A stretch of DNA of 63,960 nucleotides, the filler included, from Chlamydiia bacterium (GTDB lineage: Bacteria; Chlamydiota; Chlamydiia; Chlamydiales; FEN-1388), in the NCBI GenBank assembly GCA_903848235.1. It is 9 parts of 9 records of this genome, joined end to end, with 100 filler letters (N's around TTAATTAATTAA, not from the genome) between each part and the next. Parts side by side here need not be neighbours in the genome. Positions count along the whole stretch, not along the records: positions 34,477 to 43,547 come from CAINFV010000225.1; positions 43,648 to 57,645 come from CAINFV010000226.1; 7 more parts are not named here. One strand, 5' to 3'. The translations under genes were made by a program, and so were the position numbers. Each line of letters starts with the position of its first letter. The stretch's first letter is position 1. Of the stretch, positions 38,862 through 48,731 are shown in pieces. A model generated the notes under the pieces. It saw nothing but the letters and a program-made list of their open reading frames with translations. It ran no database searches and was not told the origin of the DNA.

Positions 38862-41800
38862 TTATCGCTGCTTCAACAGACAATAGTGCGCTCCGTCCCA
38901 GAACATCAGATGGATTGTAGAACCGCGCTGTTCACCCTCAGGCTTAAAGTCTGCGCACGGGGCTACAACACCCTGTTCGTCTGTGCGAAATTCTCTCATC
39001 CCAAACGCAGTATAAATCGAAATTGGTCGACCATACAGCTGCGCCGCACACCACCAGACAATGTCGTTTGCCCATACTCTCGGACTACCGTACCCATCAA
39101 TCTCTGTTGTAAAGTGTGTAATAATCTCGTCAATCTTTTCTTCTAAATACGATGCTTGAAGCAACTCCTCGCGATGATCAATCGCGTATTGCTGGATCGC
39201 CTTGCGGAAGACTCGGATCTCGCTCTGAAGTTGCGGCTCCCCGCCACACCCCTCATACGTATCAATTCCTTTCAGACCAAGCAAAAAAGAATTAACTCCG
39301 CAGTTGCCAGAGTGGTCTTCTGGTTCGATTGGCGTGAAGGTGGCGCATATGGCGCTAGCAAAGCTTCCTTGCGATCTGAGCCATCGAGGTACCGACTTCT
39401 CAGATCCAAATGCTCCACATGACCCTGTAACAGGATAGGAAGTGTTTGCCTTGAGCTCGAACTTAAGGTCGGCCGCCAAAATGCTCCCGAACTCATGGGT
39501 CATATTTTCAAAAAACGTAACCAAGGAACTTGAGACTATATCAGGACGATTTTGATGTAACAGAGCGGGGTAATAAGAGTAGTCTGGATACTCCTCATAA
39601 GGGCCTTCAGTGATATCCTGGCAAGAATGTAACAGTTCAGCAAAAGAACTCTCTGATAAGGATTGAACCTCGCAAATCAGTTCTTTCACAAAGCAGGCAG
39701 AAAGGCTTGGGTTCGTGATCGAAGTCACAGGATACGGTAGAAAGCTTCCTGCAAACTCCCTGAGCTGGTCACTCTCCATCTCTTGCTGGTCTTGGGACTC
39801 AGGTTCTGTCCATCGAGCTGCTGAAACGGTCTCAATGCGGAACGAAATGACGTGGTTCAGACTGATCTTGGTCTTGTCTGGTCCTTTCTCCTGCATGCGT
39901 GCAGATCGTACAAGGCAAAGAAGCGACTGGAAAAAGATGGCATATCGATGCGACGTCTCTGTGTCTCGGTACCACGTGGCTTCACGAGATAGATCTCTAT
40001 ACGCAACTTTTAATAACGAAAACAGCGATTTAGCATGTGTGTAATCGTACGACTCTGCGATCCGAACATTCAATGGCCTCTCTGACGTTATCTGTATGGG
40101 TTCTGTAGGGGAGAGGTGCGGATGCATAGAGGTGGTGGGGGTAACGGAAGAGGGCCGACGTTCTGCGTCATCTTCTTCATCAGAGGAGGACGAATCACTG
40201 CCCCTCTCGCCAGAGGCTGGAGGCTCTTCAAACGGGGCAGCATGGGCTTGAGGAGGAGAAAGGGCGGGCACCAACTGGGCCTCGGCCTCTTCATCGCTGT
40301 TAGAAGAAGAGGAGAATGAAGAATCGCTGCTGCTCTCGCCGGAGGATGAGGTCATATCATCACATGTATCATCCCGAAGCCTTGGATAGGTCGCAACAAG
40401 TTGTTTTTTAATTCTGCCGATTTCGCAATACAATTCAACGACATGGGCCGGCGCGTCTTCCTTCACCTTCCCGTCGAGCATGAGAAATAAAGTATGATAT
40501 CCGGCATAATCATCTGACCGTAAGCGAAGAAGATTTCTGTGGAGTGTGCAGGAGGGCACCGAATTGGTTGGACTATTCAACATTCCCATTTGATAATATG
40601 TGTGCAGCTTGCCTTCTCCATCACGCAATCGAAGTGGGGCGCCGTCTTCAGCTACACACAGTGACGATGGTCGAGCCGAATCTCCCCAAACTAACCGTCT
40701 GCGACCGCCGCAAACAGAGATCTCCTTTGCATTAACAAGCAGCTTCAGAATCAGCGTCCCAATCGAATCATTTTCTCCCATGTACGTTTCAATCACCGAT
40801 AAAGGATCGTTCATATCGGCAAGCTGGTCTGCTCGTTTGTGAAGGTCTGCGGCCGATTCATCAAATGGTAGTTCATGATAGGCACATACGCTTTGAGCTC
40901 TTTGAGCATCGAAGCAGAGAGCTTTAGCCCATTGAAGCAGTGGCGCATCTCCTTCAAATCTTCGAAACCGGTTAAGAATGGCGAACGCTTGTTGTTCCGA
41001 CAATGTTTGACTTCTCTTCTGTGAAGGGACATCCGTCTCCTCTTGAAGCCAGCCAATCACCTCTGCTGTAGGTCTTTCCGCTAAGAATCGTAGAAGGATC
41101 TCTGTCGGCACACACGAAAGGGGTGTCTGAGAAAGAGCCTTTCCTAATGTATTCCACACATCCTGAGCACACGAGACTTCAAAATGGTACCACATTCTGA
41201 CCGTCCACAGCCTCGGGGGCATTTTTCGAGCAAGTTCGACCGCGACTTCTTTGGATAGATACACATCAAGTGTCGCCAGCTCGTCAATAAGGGCAGGTAA
41301 ACGATCAGCGCTGTCTATCCATTCAACGAGCCGTCGAATCTTTAGAAGCAGCTCGGGCATTTTTTCTAGGAGTGGGTATTCCTCGCCATGGAGGGTGGTA
41401 TGTGTATGAATGATATCCAGTGCAATTGGGTGCGCGAAGATCAGGGCGCTCAATTCTTGCCATTGATCGTCTGGAAGGGCTAGAACAGTATTAATCCAGG
41501 AGGAGGTTTTAGACATTCGATCCAAACCAATCTTTTGGATCAGGGCAAGGCCATTGGGGGTGAGCAGGGCAAAAGGAATGGAGGCAATTTTTGAAATTTC
41601 CTCGGGACGAGGCACCATTTTTGTATGTTTCATATACAAAAAAAATACTTGCGTTATTATTTTATAGTTCATCGAAGTTGTTTCATCGCTTTCACAAATC
41701 GACAATTCGGAAATCGAATTCTGGCAGCTCAGGATCCGGGCAATCATCTCTTTAGAAAAAGAGGCGGCTTCGGAATATGGGTCAACACACACTTCCTCGG

Positions 41801-43166
41801 CAAAACCGCACAAACCACCAAGGAACAGAAGATCGTTTTCTGTGTACTGTTCCCCGGATTGAATGAGTCTTTGAATAAACTCTGCGCTTCTGTCGGTGAG
41901 ATAGAGGCGATGTTGGACAGACAACCGCTCATCGACAATATTTCTCAGCACATAAGAGGCTAGCTTAGGACATGCGGCAAGACTCCGAACGATTTCTTCA
42001 ATATGCTCACCGTGCTCTTCTAACAGAGGACTTAGTTTATGAGCTAAATAGTCTAAATCTAGTTCAGCGCATAGGTTCGCAAGGGTAGGATAGGTCTGCA
42101 GCTTTGCATGATATTTTTCAGCCTGGTTAAACCTGAACTCTATCTCCTGGATCCATCGTTCGCGCATTTGCTCCAGAAGAACTCTTATTTTCCCTACAAC
42201 GTATGGGTGGCCAGGGAATTTTTCTTGGCATATTCGATCAAATTCCTCTATAAGTTGCTGCTTCTTTGAACAAAGCTCCTCTGCTGTTACGGGTGCATAT
42301 GGAATGCTCTGCCATATAAGTGTCTCACTCCGTAGAGTCAAATCGAAAAACTTTTCCTTGGTAGCCCTTCTTCGAAAGTTCTTTTCATGTTGCTCTAGAA
42401 ATCTGATTGATTTTTTGAATCGGACGAAACGGGCGTCTAGTTCAGTCTCTGATTCAAACCGTTGATCAATTGTACGAGAAAAAGCAACGAGGCCGGCTTT
42501 TGTACACAGCCCGGGTTTTGACGAAGAGAGATCGATAAAATGACGAATCAAGTCTACGTTTCGATCTGGCGTCGTGTACGTGCCTTCATCCCCATCAGAC
42601 ATCGGGCAAAAGCGAGATCTCGCCAAATCCCGGTACAAGCGTTTCAGTCGCTTCACCTGTCCGTCCGCATCCTGAGCACACATTGGCGTAGTATAATGGC
42701 CTGAACTAGGAGCCAGCTCGAGGAGGAGTCGTCTTGCCGTCTTCAGGACCAAGTCTATATCTTGCTCGTTGAATCGATGAGTTCCCGTCATATCTGTAAC
42801 GAGATGTCTGAATAAAAAATAGGTCCATTGATTGAAATCTTGTTCTGATACCTGTGTACCTTGCGCCTGAATCAAGCCTTGGGTTACACCGGCCTGCTCG
42901 GCAATCCTTTCGATTCGAATCTTCTGTTCCTGATCACACCTTAACTGAAATTCGTGCACAATTTCTTTGCCCAGGGCTTCTGCAGCAAGTCCTTGGCCCG
43001 TTTCTCTTAATCGAATCATGAATAGATCAGTGATTCTCTGGCAAAACTCGCTGACTTGGGACGCATCCCACTCCACTTGCGCGCCGATCTGCTCATTGGC
43101 ATATTCTCTGGCGAGATTGAGTATCGATTCTCTGGACATGCCATCGAAAGGCCGATTTGATTCCAT
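38862..43166 (-). CDS. Giant protein with a C-terminal OTU-like deubiquitinase domain; probable effector
   Basis: DHSGNCGVNSF...WANDI....AAQLYGRPISIY...IHLMFWDGAHYCLL; start taken at MESNRP (ORF open to 43211). Confidence 0.75.
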   Translation of the reverse strand: MESNRPFDGMSRESILNLAREYANEQIGAQVEWDASQVSEFCQRITDLFMIRLRETGQGLAAEALGKEIVHEFQLRCDQEQKIRIERIAEQAGVTQGLIQAQGTQVSEQDFNQWTYFLFRHLVTDMTGTHRFNEQDIDLVLKTARRLLLELAPSSGHYTTPMCAQDADGQVKRLKRLYRDLARSRFCPMSDGDEGTYTTPDRNVDLIRHFIDLSSSKPGLCTKAGLVAFSRTIDQRFESETELDARFVRFKKSIRFLEQHEKNFRRRATKEKFFDLTLRSETLIWQSIPYAPVTAEELCSKKQQLIEEFDRICQEKFPGHPYVVGKIRVLLEQMRERWIQEIEFRFNQAEKYHAKLQTYPTLANLCAELDLDYLAHKLSPLLEEHGEHIEEIVRSLAACPKLASYVLRNIVDERLSVQHRLYLTDRSAEFIQRLIQSGEQYTENDLLFLGGLCGFAEEVCVDPYSEAASFSKEMIARILSCQNSISELSICESDETTSMNYKIITQVFFLYMKHTKMVPRPEEISKIASIPFALLTPNGLALIQKIGLDRMSKTSSWINTVLALPDDQWQELSALIFAHPIALDIIHTHTTLHGEEYPLLEKMPELLLKIRRLVEWIDSADRLPALIDELATLDVYLSKEVAVELARKMPPRLWTVRMWYHFEVSCAQDVWNTLGKALSQTPLSCVPTEILLRFLAERPTAEVIGWLQEETDVPSQKRSQTLSEQQAFAILNRFRRFEGDAPLLQWAKALCFDAQRAQSVCAYHELPFDESAADLHKRADQLADMNDPLSVIETYMGENDSIGTLILKLLVNAKEISVCGGRRRLVWGDSARPSSLCVAEDGAPLRLRDGEGKLHTYYQMGMLNSPTNSVPSCTLHRNLLRLRSDDYAGYHTLFLMLDGKVKEDAPAHVVELYCEIGRIKKQLVATYPRLRDDTCDDMTSSSGESSSDSSFSSSSNSDEEAEAQLVPALSPPQAHAAPFEEPPASGERGSDSSSSDEEDDAERRPSSVTPTTSMHPHLSPTEPIQITSERPLNVRIAESYDYTHAKSLFSLLKVAYRDLSREATWYRDTETSHRYAIFFQSLLCLVRSARMQEKGPDKTKISLNHVISFRIETVSAARWTEPESQDQQEMESDQLREFAGSFLPYPVTSITNPSLSACFVKELICEVQSLSESSFAELLHSCQDITEGPYEEYPDYSYYPALLHQNRPDIVSSSLVTFFENMTHEFGSILAADLKFELKANTSYPVTGSCGAFGSEKSVPRWLRSQGSFASAICATFTPIEPEDHSGNCGVNSFLLGLKGIDTYEGCGGEPQLQSEIRVFRKAIQQYAIDHREELLQASYLEEKIDEIITHFTTEIDGYGSPRVWANDIVWWCAAQLYGRPISIYTAFGMREFRTDEQGVVAPCADFKPEGEQRGSTIHLMFWDGAHYCLLKQR

Positions 43167-43472
43167 ATAATTATCCTGAATTAACAATGCTTTTTCAAAA
43201 GCAATCAACATTTAAAAATCATAGCTTGCTGAATGATAGTAATATTTATCGCAAATTCTTTCAATCAGTAGCTGTTTATATCGAAGAGGATGAAAAATTG
43301 CATAAAAACTATTTCTTGCAATTCAACTCCTTGTAGTTGTCATTTAGGGTTTTATATTATGGAGGCAACATTAGTTTATACAGGGATAGAAACGACCATC
43401 TCGCAAATAGAATGGACGTAGGACCTGGCGAGTGTTATTTTTATTCAGACATTAAAACCCAAGTTGCTACCT

Positions 43473-43547
43473 ACTGGACTTTAGCATTTTTTGGGCACCG
43501 AGTTCGCAGAGGGTTGTCTCTCAGACGATTGCATTTATCATAGATCG
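43473..43547 (+). repeat. Palindromic element A, left half at contig end
   Basis: Matches 9521-9595 with one substitution. Confidence 0.9.
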
Positions 43548-43660
43548 NNNNNNNNNNNNNNNNNNNNNNNNNNNNNNNNNNNNNNNNNNNNTTAATTAAT
43601 TAANNNNNNNNNNNNNNNNNNNNNNNNNNNNNNNNNNNNNNNNNNNNGAGGAGCGAAGCG

Positions 43661-43764
43661 CTCTAGATGGCCGTCCAACGAACGAATAGGCAAGCAACTT
43701 GGGTTTTAAATCTAAGCTGCTTGCCTATTCATTAGGATCAACTTCGCGCTACAGCCATCTAGAG
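43661..43764. repeat. Palindromic element C (nested inverted repeats) downstream of miaA
   Basis: CTCTAGATGGC/GCCATCTAGAG outer arms; GAATAGGCAAGC...GCTTGCCTATTC inner arms at 43684-43730. Confidence 0.7.
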
Positions 43765-43772
43765 AATGCATT

Positions 43773-44837
43773 TTAATTCTGGGGTGGCCTTGGAGGCTCT
43801 GGGGCAAATGGTGTCGGGCTGGAGTAGTCACTAGCAATGAGGTCGGCAAGGTCATCGCGGGAGATGTCCGCAACTTCGACCCAACGGAAAGAAGGCTCTT
43901 TACGAAACCAGGTAAACTGACGTTTGGCGAGGTGGTGAGACGCTTGCTTGAACTTCTCGACATATCGAACATACTCTTCGGGTGCCCTTCCTGTACTGAG
44001 AAAGTCTAATGTCTGGCGGTAGCCGATAGCCTGGCTAGCGGTGGTGTTCTGCCGCAGCCCTTCGCGGTCAAGGCGAGCGACTTCCTCGAGAAGCCCCGCT
44101 TGGAGCATCTCATCGCAGCGCCGTGAGAGCCGCTCATAGAGGGCCTTCCTTGGCATATCCAAAAACCAACATCGGAAGTCATAGAGTGGCGACGGGGCGC
44201 GAGCTTTCCATGAAAAGTCGCTGACACGCTTGCCAGACAGCTCGATGATCTCTAGGCCGCGGATGATCTTATGTTTGTCATTTCTGGTGATGGTGGCCGC
44301 ATACTTAGGGTCGAACGCCTGGAGTTTGTCATAGAGGAAGTCATTGCCAAGGCGCTCCATCTCTTCGTCTAACTTCGCGCGGATAAGAGGGTCTGACGGC
44401 GGCCCGCTAGGAGGACCGTAGATAAGGCTGTGGATATAAAACCCTGTGCCACCGACGATGATAGGGACATTCTTACGAGCGATAATATCTTCGAGAACGG
44501 CTTTAGCCTGATGGCAGAAATCGTAGACGTTGAAAGGCTCATTAACATCACAGATATCGATAAGATGATGGGGAATGCGATCGCGATCTGCCTGTGAGAC
44601 TTTTGCCGTTCCGATGTCCATCCCCCGATAAACTTGGATGGCATCTGCTGAGACGATCTCTCCTCCTAACATCTTGGCAAGTTGAAGAGAGAGAGCGGTC
44701 TTTCCAATCCCAGTAGGGCCGGCGATGATGATGACTCTTCTTCCCTTCATAGTAAGCAGCTGCAGAAACTGTTCTTGAACGCCTAATGCTACTCTAGAAC
44801 TGACCTTAGCGAGGACATCGCATGATGCACTGACCAT
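43773..44837 (-). CDS. miaA: tRNA dimethylallyltransferase
   Basis: GPTGIGKT, DAIQVYRGMDIGTAK, VGGTGFY and AKRQFTWF. Confidence 0.96.
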   Translation of the reverse strand: MVSASCDVLAKVSSRVALGVQEQFLQLLTMKGRRVIIIAGPTGIGKTALSLQLAKMLGGEIVSADAIQVYRGMDIGTAKVSQADRDRIPHHLIDICDVNEPFNVYDFCHQAKAVLEDIIARKNVPIIVGGTGFYIHSLIYGPPSGPPSDPLIRAKLDEEMERLGNDFLYDKLQAFDPKYAATITRNDKHKIIRGLEIIELSGKRVSDFSWKARAPSPLYDFRCWFLDMPRKALYERLSRRCDEMLQAGLLEEVARLDREGLRQNTTASQAIGYRQTLDFLSTGRAPEEYVRYVEKFKQASHHLAKRQFTWFRKEPSFRWVEVADISRDDLADLIASDYSSPTPFAPEPPRPPQN

Positions 44838-44843
44838 CTATTT

Positions 44844-45173
44844 TTATTCCCTTACTCCTTCGACACTTGCTTTCATCCAGCTACTATACTCTTGATTCCG
44901 AGATTCTACCTTTATGACGATAATCTCCGGCACTTTATACGGATGATTCGCCTTTAGATATTCTATCACTCCTTCTACTCTTTTCATTATTGTTTTACAT
45001 CGAATAGTTACTTCTTCTCCTTCTTCCACGTTTCCTTGCCATCGATAACAGGAGGTAATGGAAAAAAGATGACAGCAGGCAGCAAGCCTCATGTCTATTA
45101 ATGCTCGTGCCAATGTCTGCGCATCCTGCAGGGCGCCAACCGTTGTTTCGATGATAACGCACTCCTCACTCAT
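44844..45173 (-). CDS. cutA: Divalent cation tolerance protein CutA
   Basis: RLAACC....TS.Y.WQG.VE...E...KT...HPYKVPEI. Confidence 0.92.
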   Translation of the reverse strand: MSEECVIIETTVGALQDAQTLARALIDMRLAACCHLFSITSCYRWQGNVEEGEEVTIRCKTIMKRVEGVIEYLKANHPYKVPEIIVIKVESRNQEYSSWMKASVEGVRE

Positions 45174-46108
45174 TGCTTTTTCACACTCCCTTTAGCTACC
45201 GCCTGTTGAGTAATCTCTCCTGAGAGGATGACGATACCTTCAAAGCGAAGGTCTATGATCCCCCCTCGGAAGCCACTGCGCAGCAGGGTGGCGAAAACCG
45301 TTGGGAGTAATTCAAGTCGTTCGAGGAGCTTTTTCGATTGAATGCGAACGTACAGCCTCTCTTCTTTTGACAGCAGAGAGGTAAAGGCAACGATGACTTC
45401 ACGCCGAAAAAAACTTTGTTGATGGAAGCACGTCACATCGACGAGGTCGACAGCGAGATGGTGTTGGTGAGCAGTTGGCGTAATATATTCGAGGAGCTTG
45501 ATGGCGATACCCGTTTCTTTGATACGTCGGACACGACGTTGGACATCTTGTAGTGAGGAGAGATTTCCAATGGGAATGACGATTGCTGGAAGCCTTTTTG
45601 GCGCGAAGTAGGGAAACAGGAAAAAGGCTGTAGCTGTTGCATCGATGCCAACATTTTTAAGTCCTGCAATAGTAGCAACAGGTGTCCTTAAGGCATATTC
45701 AATCCCTAGCGTTCCTGGCAGCAGCCTCCATACCTTTGCTTTTTCTACCGCCGGGCATGAAAGAAGAGTCTTACTTGCTTCTTGTGGCTGTAGAGCGAAC
45801 AGCGATATCTGTGACTCACGATCCAGCTTCAGCAGTTCTGTCAAAACACCGATGGGAAGCCGATCTTGGGTGATGCTACGTGCCGCAATACGCTTCAGCA
45901 AAAACCGCTGGTCATTCTTTCTCACTTCCTGTTGACGATGGTGCCAGTACCAGGCGCCAAAAAAGGCGCCCCACAGGCAGCATGATATCACTATAATTTT
46001 CGTTAGCGCTTCGAAAAGACCGATCCGTCCTTCTTCTTTCTTCACAGATATTCCCTGCAACCTTTTATCGCTTCTCATCACCTGCATTACTATTTCTGAC
46101 CTCCTCAT
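45170..46108 (-). CDS. FtsQ-like cell division protein (POTRA)
   Basis: Single N-terminal TM, P.VEKAKVWR..PGTL.IEY..R.PVA, C-terminal IDLRF; position after murC-ddl. Confidence 0.7.
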   Translation of the reverse strand: MRRSEIVMQVMRSDKRLQGISVKKEEGRIGLFEALTKIIVISCCLWGAFFGAWYWHHRQQEVRKNDQRFLLKRIAARSITQDRLPIGVLTELLKLDRESQISLFALQPQEASKTLLSCPAVEKAKVWRLLPGTLGIEYALRTPVATIAGLKNVGIDATATAFFLFPYFAPKRLPAIVIPIGNLSSLQDVQRRVRRIKETGIAIKLLEYITPTAHQHHLAVDLVDVTCFHQQSFFRREVIVAFTSLLSKEERLYVRIQSKKLLERLELLPTVFATLLRSGFRGGIIDLRFEGIVILSGEITQQAVAKGSVKKQ

Positions 46109-46160
46109 CCGCAGCCGCAGGCCGTGGAAGAGAGGCCAGATAGAGGCTGCCGCCCCTCAC

Positions 46161-48731
46161 CTACACGGAGCACAAAGTCTCGAGCTTCCGTCCGAGGGCG
46201 GTAGCATTGCAGCCAAGACGTCGTGCCTGGCGGAAGCGTGAGAAAGCGAGGATAAGAAGTCTGTTGACCAGTTCTGAGTAGGTGATGCCCTGCCCTTTCC
46301 ACACGCTTGGGTAGACGCTGATCCGTGTAAAGCCTGGAAAGGGGTTTGACTCGTTGAAATACCAATGGCCATCATCGTCGAGGAAGCAGTCCATGCGGCT
46401 TAACCCTGAGCAGTCAAGAGCTTGATATGCTTTTCTGATGTATGTACGCCCCTGTTCTATCTGCTCTTCTGTGAGGTGGGCTGTAGGAACAGCTTTCATA
46501 CCGTCTTTGCCATATTTGGCATTATAGTCGTAGAACCCGCCGCCGGTGAGCACTTCTCCTGGAGGGGGGATGATGATCTGCTCATTGCCGAAGACGGCGA
46601 ATTCTATCTCCCGACCTTTAACACCCTGTTCGACGAGAATCTTCTCGTCGAGGGCAAGCGCTCTGTCTATAGCTTGTGCGAGGTCCGCGCTTTTTTCAAT
46701 GCGCTCTATGCCAACGGAAGAGCCGAGGTGAGCTGGCTTTACAAAGTATGGAGGCCGTAGTTTTTTTATCGCCTCTGAGGAGAGCTCCTGCTGATGGTCT
46801 GCCCAGTCTCTTCTATGGATAACGATATAAGGGACGACGGGAACGCCTGCCGCCTGTACAACTTGCTTTGCCATCACCTTATCCATGGAAACAGCACATG
46901 CTTTCGTCGAGCAGCCGACATACGGCTTGTGAAGAATCTCAAAAAATCCTTGTATAGTGCCATCTTCTCCGAAGGCGCCATGGAGGACAGGGATGAAGAT
47001 GTCACAGGACTGCAGCGCCTGCCACACACCTTTTGGAAATGTCTCTGTAGTGTCATGCTGCTGCTCATCGCGCTCTATTCCCTGTGTCTTCCGCCACTGA
47101 CCCTGGCTGTTGATTTCAAATGCTATGGGGGTGTAGAGAGCGGTGTCGAGGGAGTCGTAGATGGCGCTTGCTGATACCCTTGATATTTTATTCTCTGAGT
47201 TCATCCCGCCGTAGACGATGCCCACCTTCCACTTTTCGAGGGATGTGGTGGTCAGACGAGAGGCAAAGTCATCAGAGGCTTTTGTGATATCTCCAGCGCC
47301 GAAGAAGACAACGACATCATGGGGACGTACGATGGTGAGGAGGCTGTCGACGAGTGTAGAGCGTGACGAGGAGTGGCAGGGGATGTTAGGATGCGAGTGC
47401 TGTATGATACCCAAAATCTTGTCATTGGTGATCTCTGGGTTCTCATGTTCATTCGAGAGGTAGAGGTCGGTGACAACGACGGCGTCAGCATCCAAGAAGG
47501 CAGCGGCAAGCTCATTCATACAATGCCTCATGCGACTTGGGCGATGGGGCTGGAAGACAGCGATCAGACGCCGCTCGCCTATCGCATGGCGAAGGGCATG
47601 TAACGAAGCCCGTATCTCTGTTGGATGGTGGGCATAGTCATCGAACACCTGGCACTGATAGCCGGACTCTTTGCGTTCTAAGCGTCTTTTGATACCTTTG
47701 AAGGTGGCAAAGGCGGCGCGTATAGCAGCTTCTGGGATGCCGAGGGTAAGGGCGAGGCCAAAGACCGCGGCGGCATTGGACACATTATGACGTCCATGGA
47801 GTGGAAGGCTGATACCTCGGAAGAGCTTTCTGCGAAAGCGAACGTCGAATACCATACCGTTTTCTGTTGCAACGATATGCTCTATACGCAGGTCATTGGC
47901 GGCCCCTATGCCATAGGAGACACCTCGTGGGCACAGTTTTTTCAGGCGCTCGTCATCGCCGCAGAAAAACAATTTCTCTGGCGATGGCGCCTTCTTGATA
48001 AACTGTGAAAATCCTTTCTCCAGATTTTCTAGTGAGCCATAGTGGGCGATATGGTCTGTGTCGATGTTAGTGATGATCGCTGCTGAGTATGGATATTTTA
48101 AAAACGTACCGTCGCTTTCATCAGCTTCTGCTACGAAATATGCCCCCTTTCCATGGCGGGCGTTCAGCCCATAGTTGAGGAGAACACCTCCTACAGCAAA
48201 TGACGGGTCATTGCCAGCTTCGAAGAGCACATGCGAGAGCAGCGATGTCGTCGTTGTCTTGCCATGAGTCCCTGTCACTGCCAGCACCTCATACCCCTGC
48301 ATAAGGTCTTTGAGGAGGTCCGACCTGTGGATGACAGACATGCCACGTCGTTTTGCTTCAACAAGCTCTGGGTTGTCGAGTGGGATGTCTGTTGAAACAA
48401 CGATGGTGGCAGCAGGGGGAAGATGCTCTTTGGCATGCCCTTGGACGACATGAGCCCCTCTTGTTTTAAGAGCGTCGATGACAGCCCCTTCTTTTAAATC
48501 ACTTCCCGACACCTGTGAAACACCTTTTTCGAGGACGATTGTGGCAAGGCCACTCATCCCTATGCCTCCGATACCGATAAAATGAAAGGCACGGGGGAGG
48601 GCTGCTATTGCCTGCTTTCCCATTGGCGTTGTAGTAATCTCTGTTCCTTTTGGCACCTCTACTACACCACGGGAAATTTTTTGCTCTTCATCTGATGTAA
48701 GAAGCTGCTGAGGGGTTACCTTCCTTGGCAT
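46161..48731 (-). CDS. murC-ddl: Fused UDP-N-acetylmuramate-L-alanine ligase / D-Ala-D-Ala ligase
   Basis: HFIGIGGIGMSGLA, GTHGKTTT, EADESD and DDYAHHPTE, then LHG.FGEDG, KPAHLGSSVG and NE.N.FPGFT. Confidence 0.95.
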   Translation of the reverse strand: MPRKVTPQQLLTSDEEQKISRGVVEVPKGTEITTTPMGKQAIAALPRAFHFIGIGGIGMSGLATIVLEKGVSQVSGSDLKEGAVIDALKTRGAHVVQGHAKEHLPPAATIVVSTDIPLDNPELVEAKRRGMSVIHRSDLLKDLMQGYEVLAVTGTHGKTTTTSLLSHVLFEAGNDPSFAVGGVLLNYGLNARHGKGAYFVAEADESDGTFLKYPYSAAIITNIDTDHIAHYGSLENLEKGFSQFIKKAPSPEKLFFCGDDERLKKLCPRGVSYGIGAANDLRIEHIVATENGMVFDVRFRRKLFRGISLPLHGRHNVSNAAAVFGLALTLGIPEAAIRAAFATFKGIKRRLERKESGYQCQVFDDYAHHPTEIRASLHALRHAIGERRLIAVFQPHRPSRMRHCMNELAAAFLDADAVVVTDLYLSNEHENPEITNDKILGIIQHSHPNIPCHSSSRSTLVDSLLTIVRPHDVVVFFGAGDITKASDDFASRLTTTSLEKWKVGIVYGGMNSENKISRVSASAIYDSLDTALYTPIAFEINSQGQWRKTQGIERDEQQHDTTETFPKGVWQALQSCDIFIPVLHGAFGEDGTIQGFFEILHKPYVGCSTKACAVSMDKVMAKQVVQAAGVPVVPYIVIHRRDWADHQQELSSEAIKKLRPPYFVKPAHLGSSVGIERIEKSADLAQAIDRALALDEKILVEQGVKGREIEFAVFGNEQIIIPPPGEVLTGGGFYDYNAKYGKDGMKAVPTAHLTEEQIEQGRTYIRKAYQALDCSGLSRMDCFLDDDGHWYFNESNPFPGFTRISVYPSVWKGQGITYSELVNRLLILAFSRFRQARRLGCNATALGRKLETLCSV

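Noticed and set aside
43337..43543. 68-aa ORF ending in element A
   Set aside because: TTG start, no recognisable motif, and a third of it is repeat-derived.
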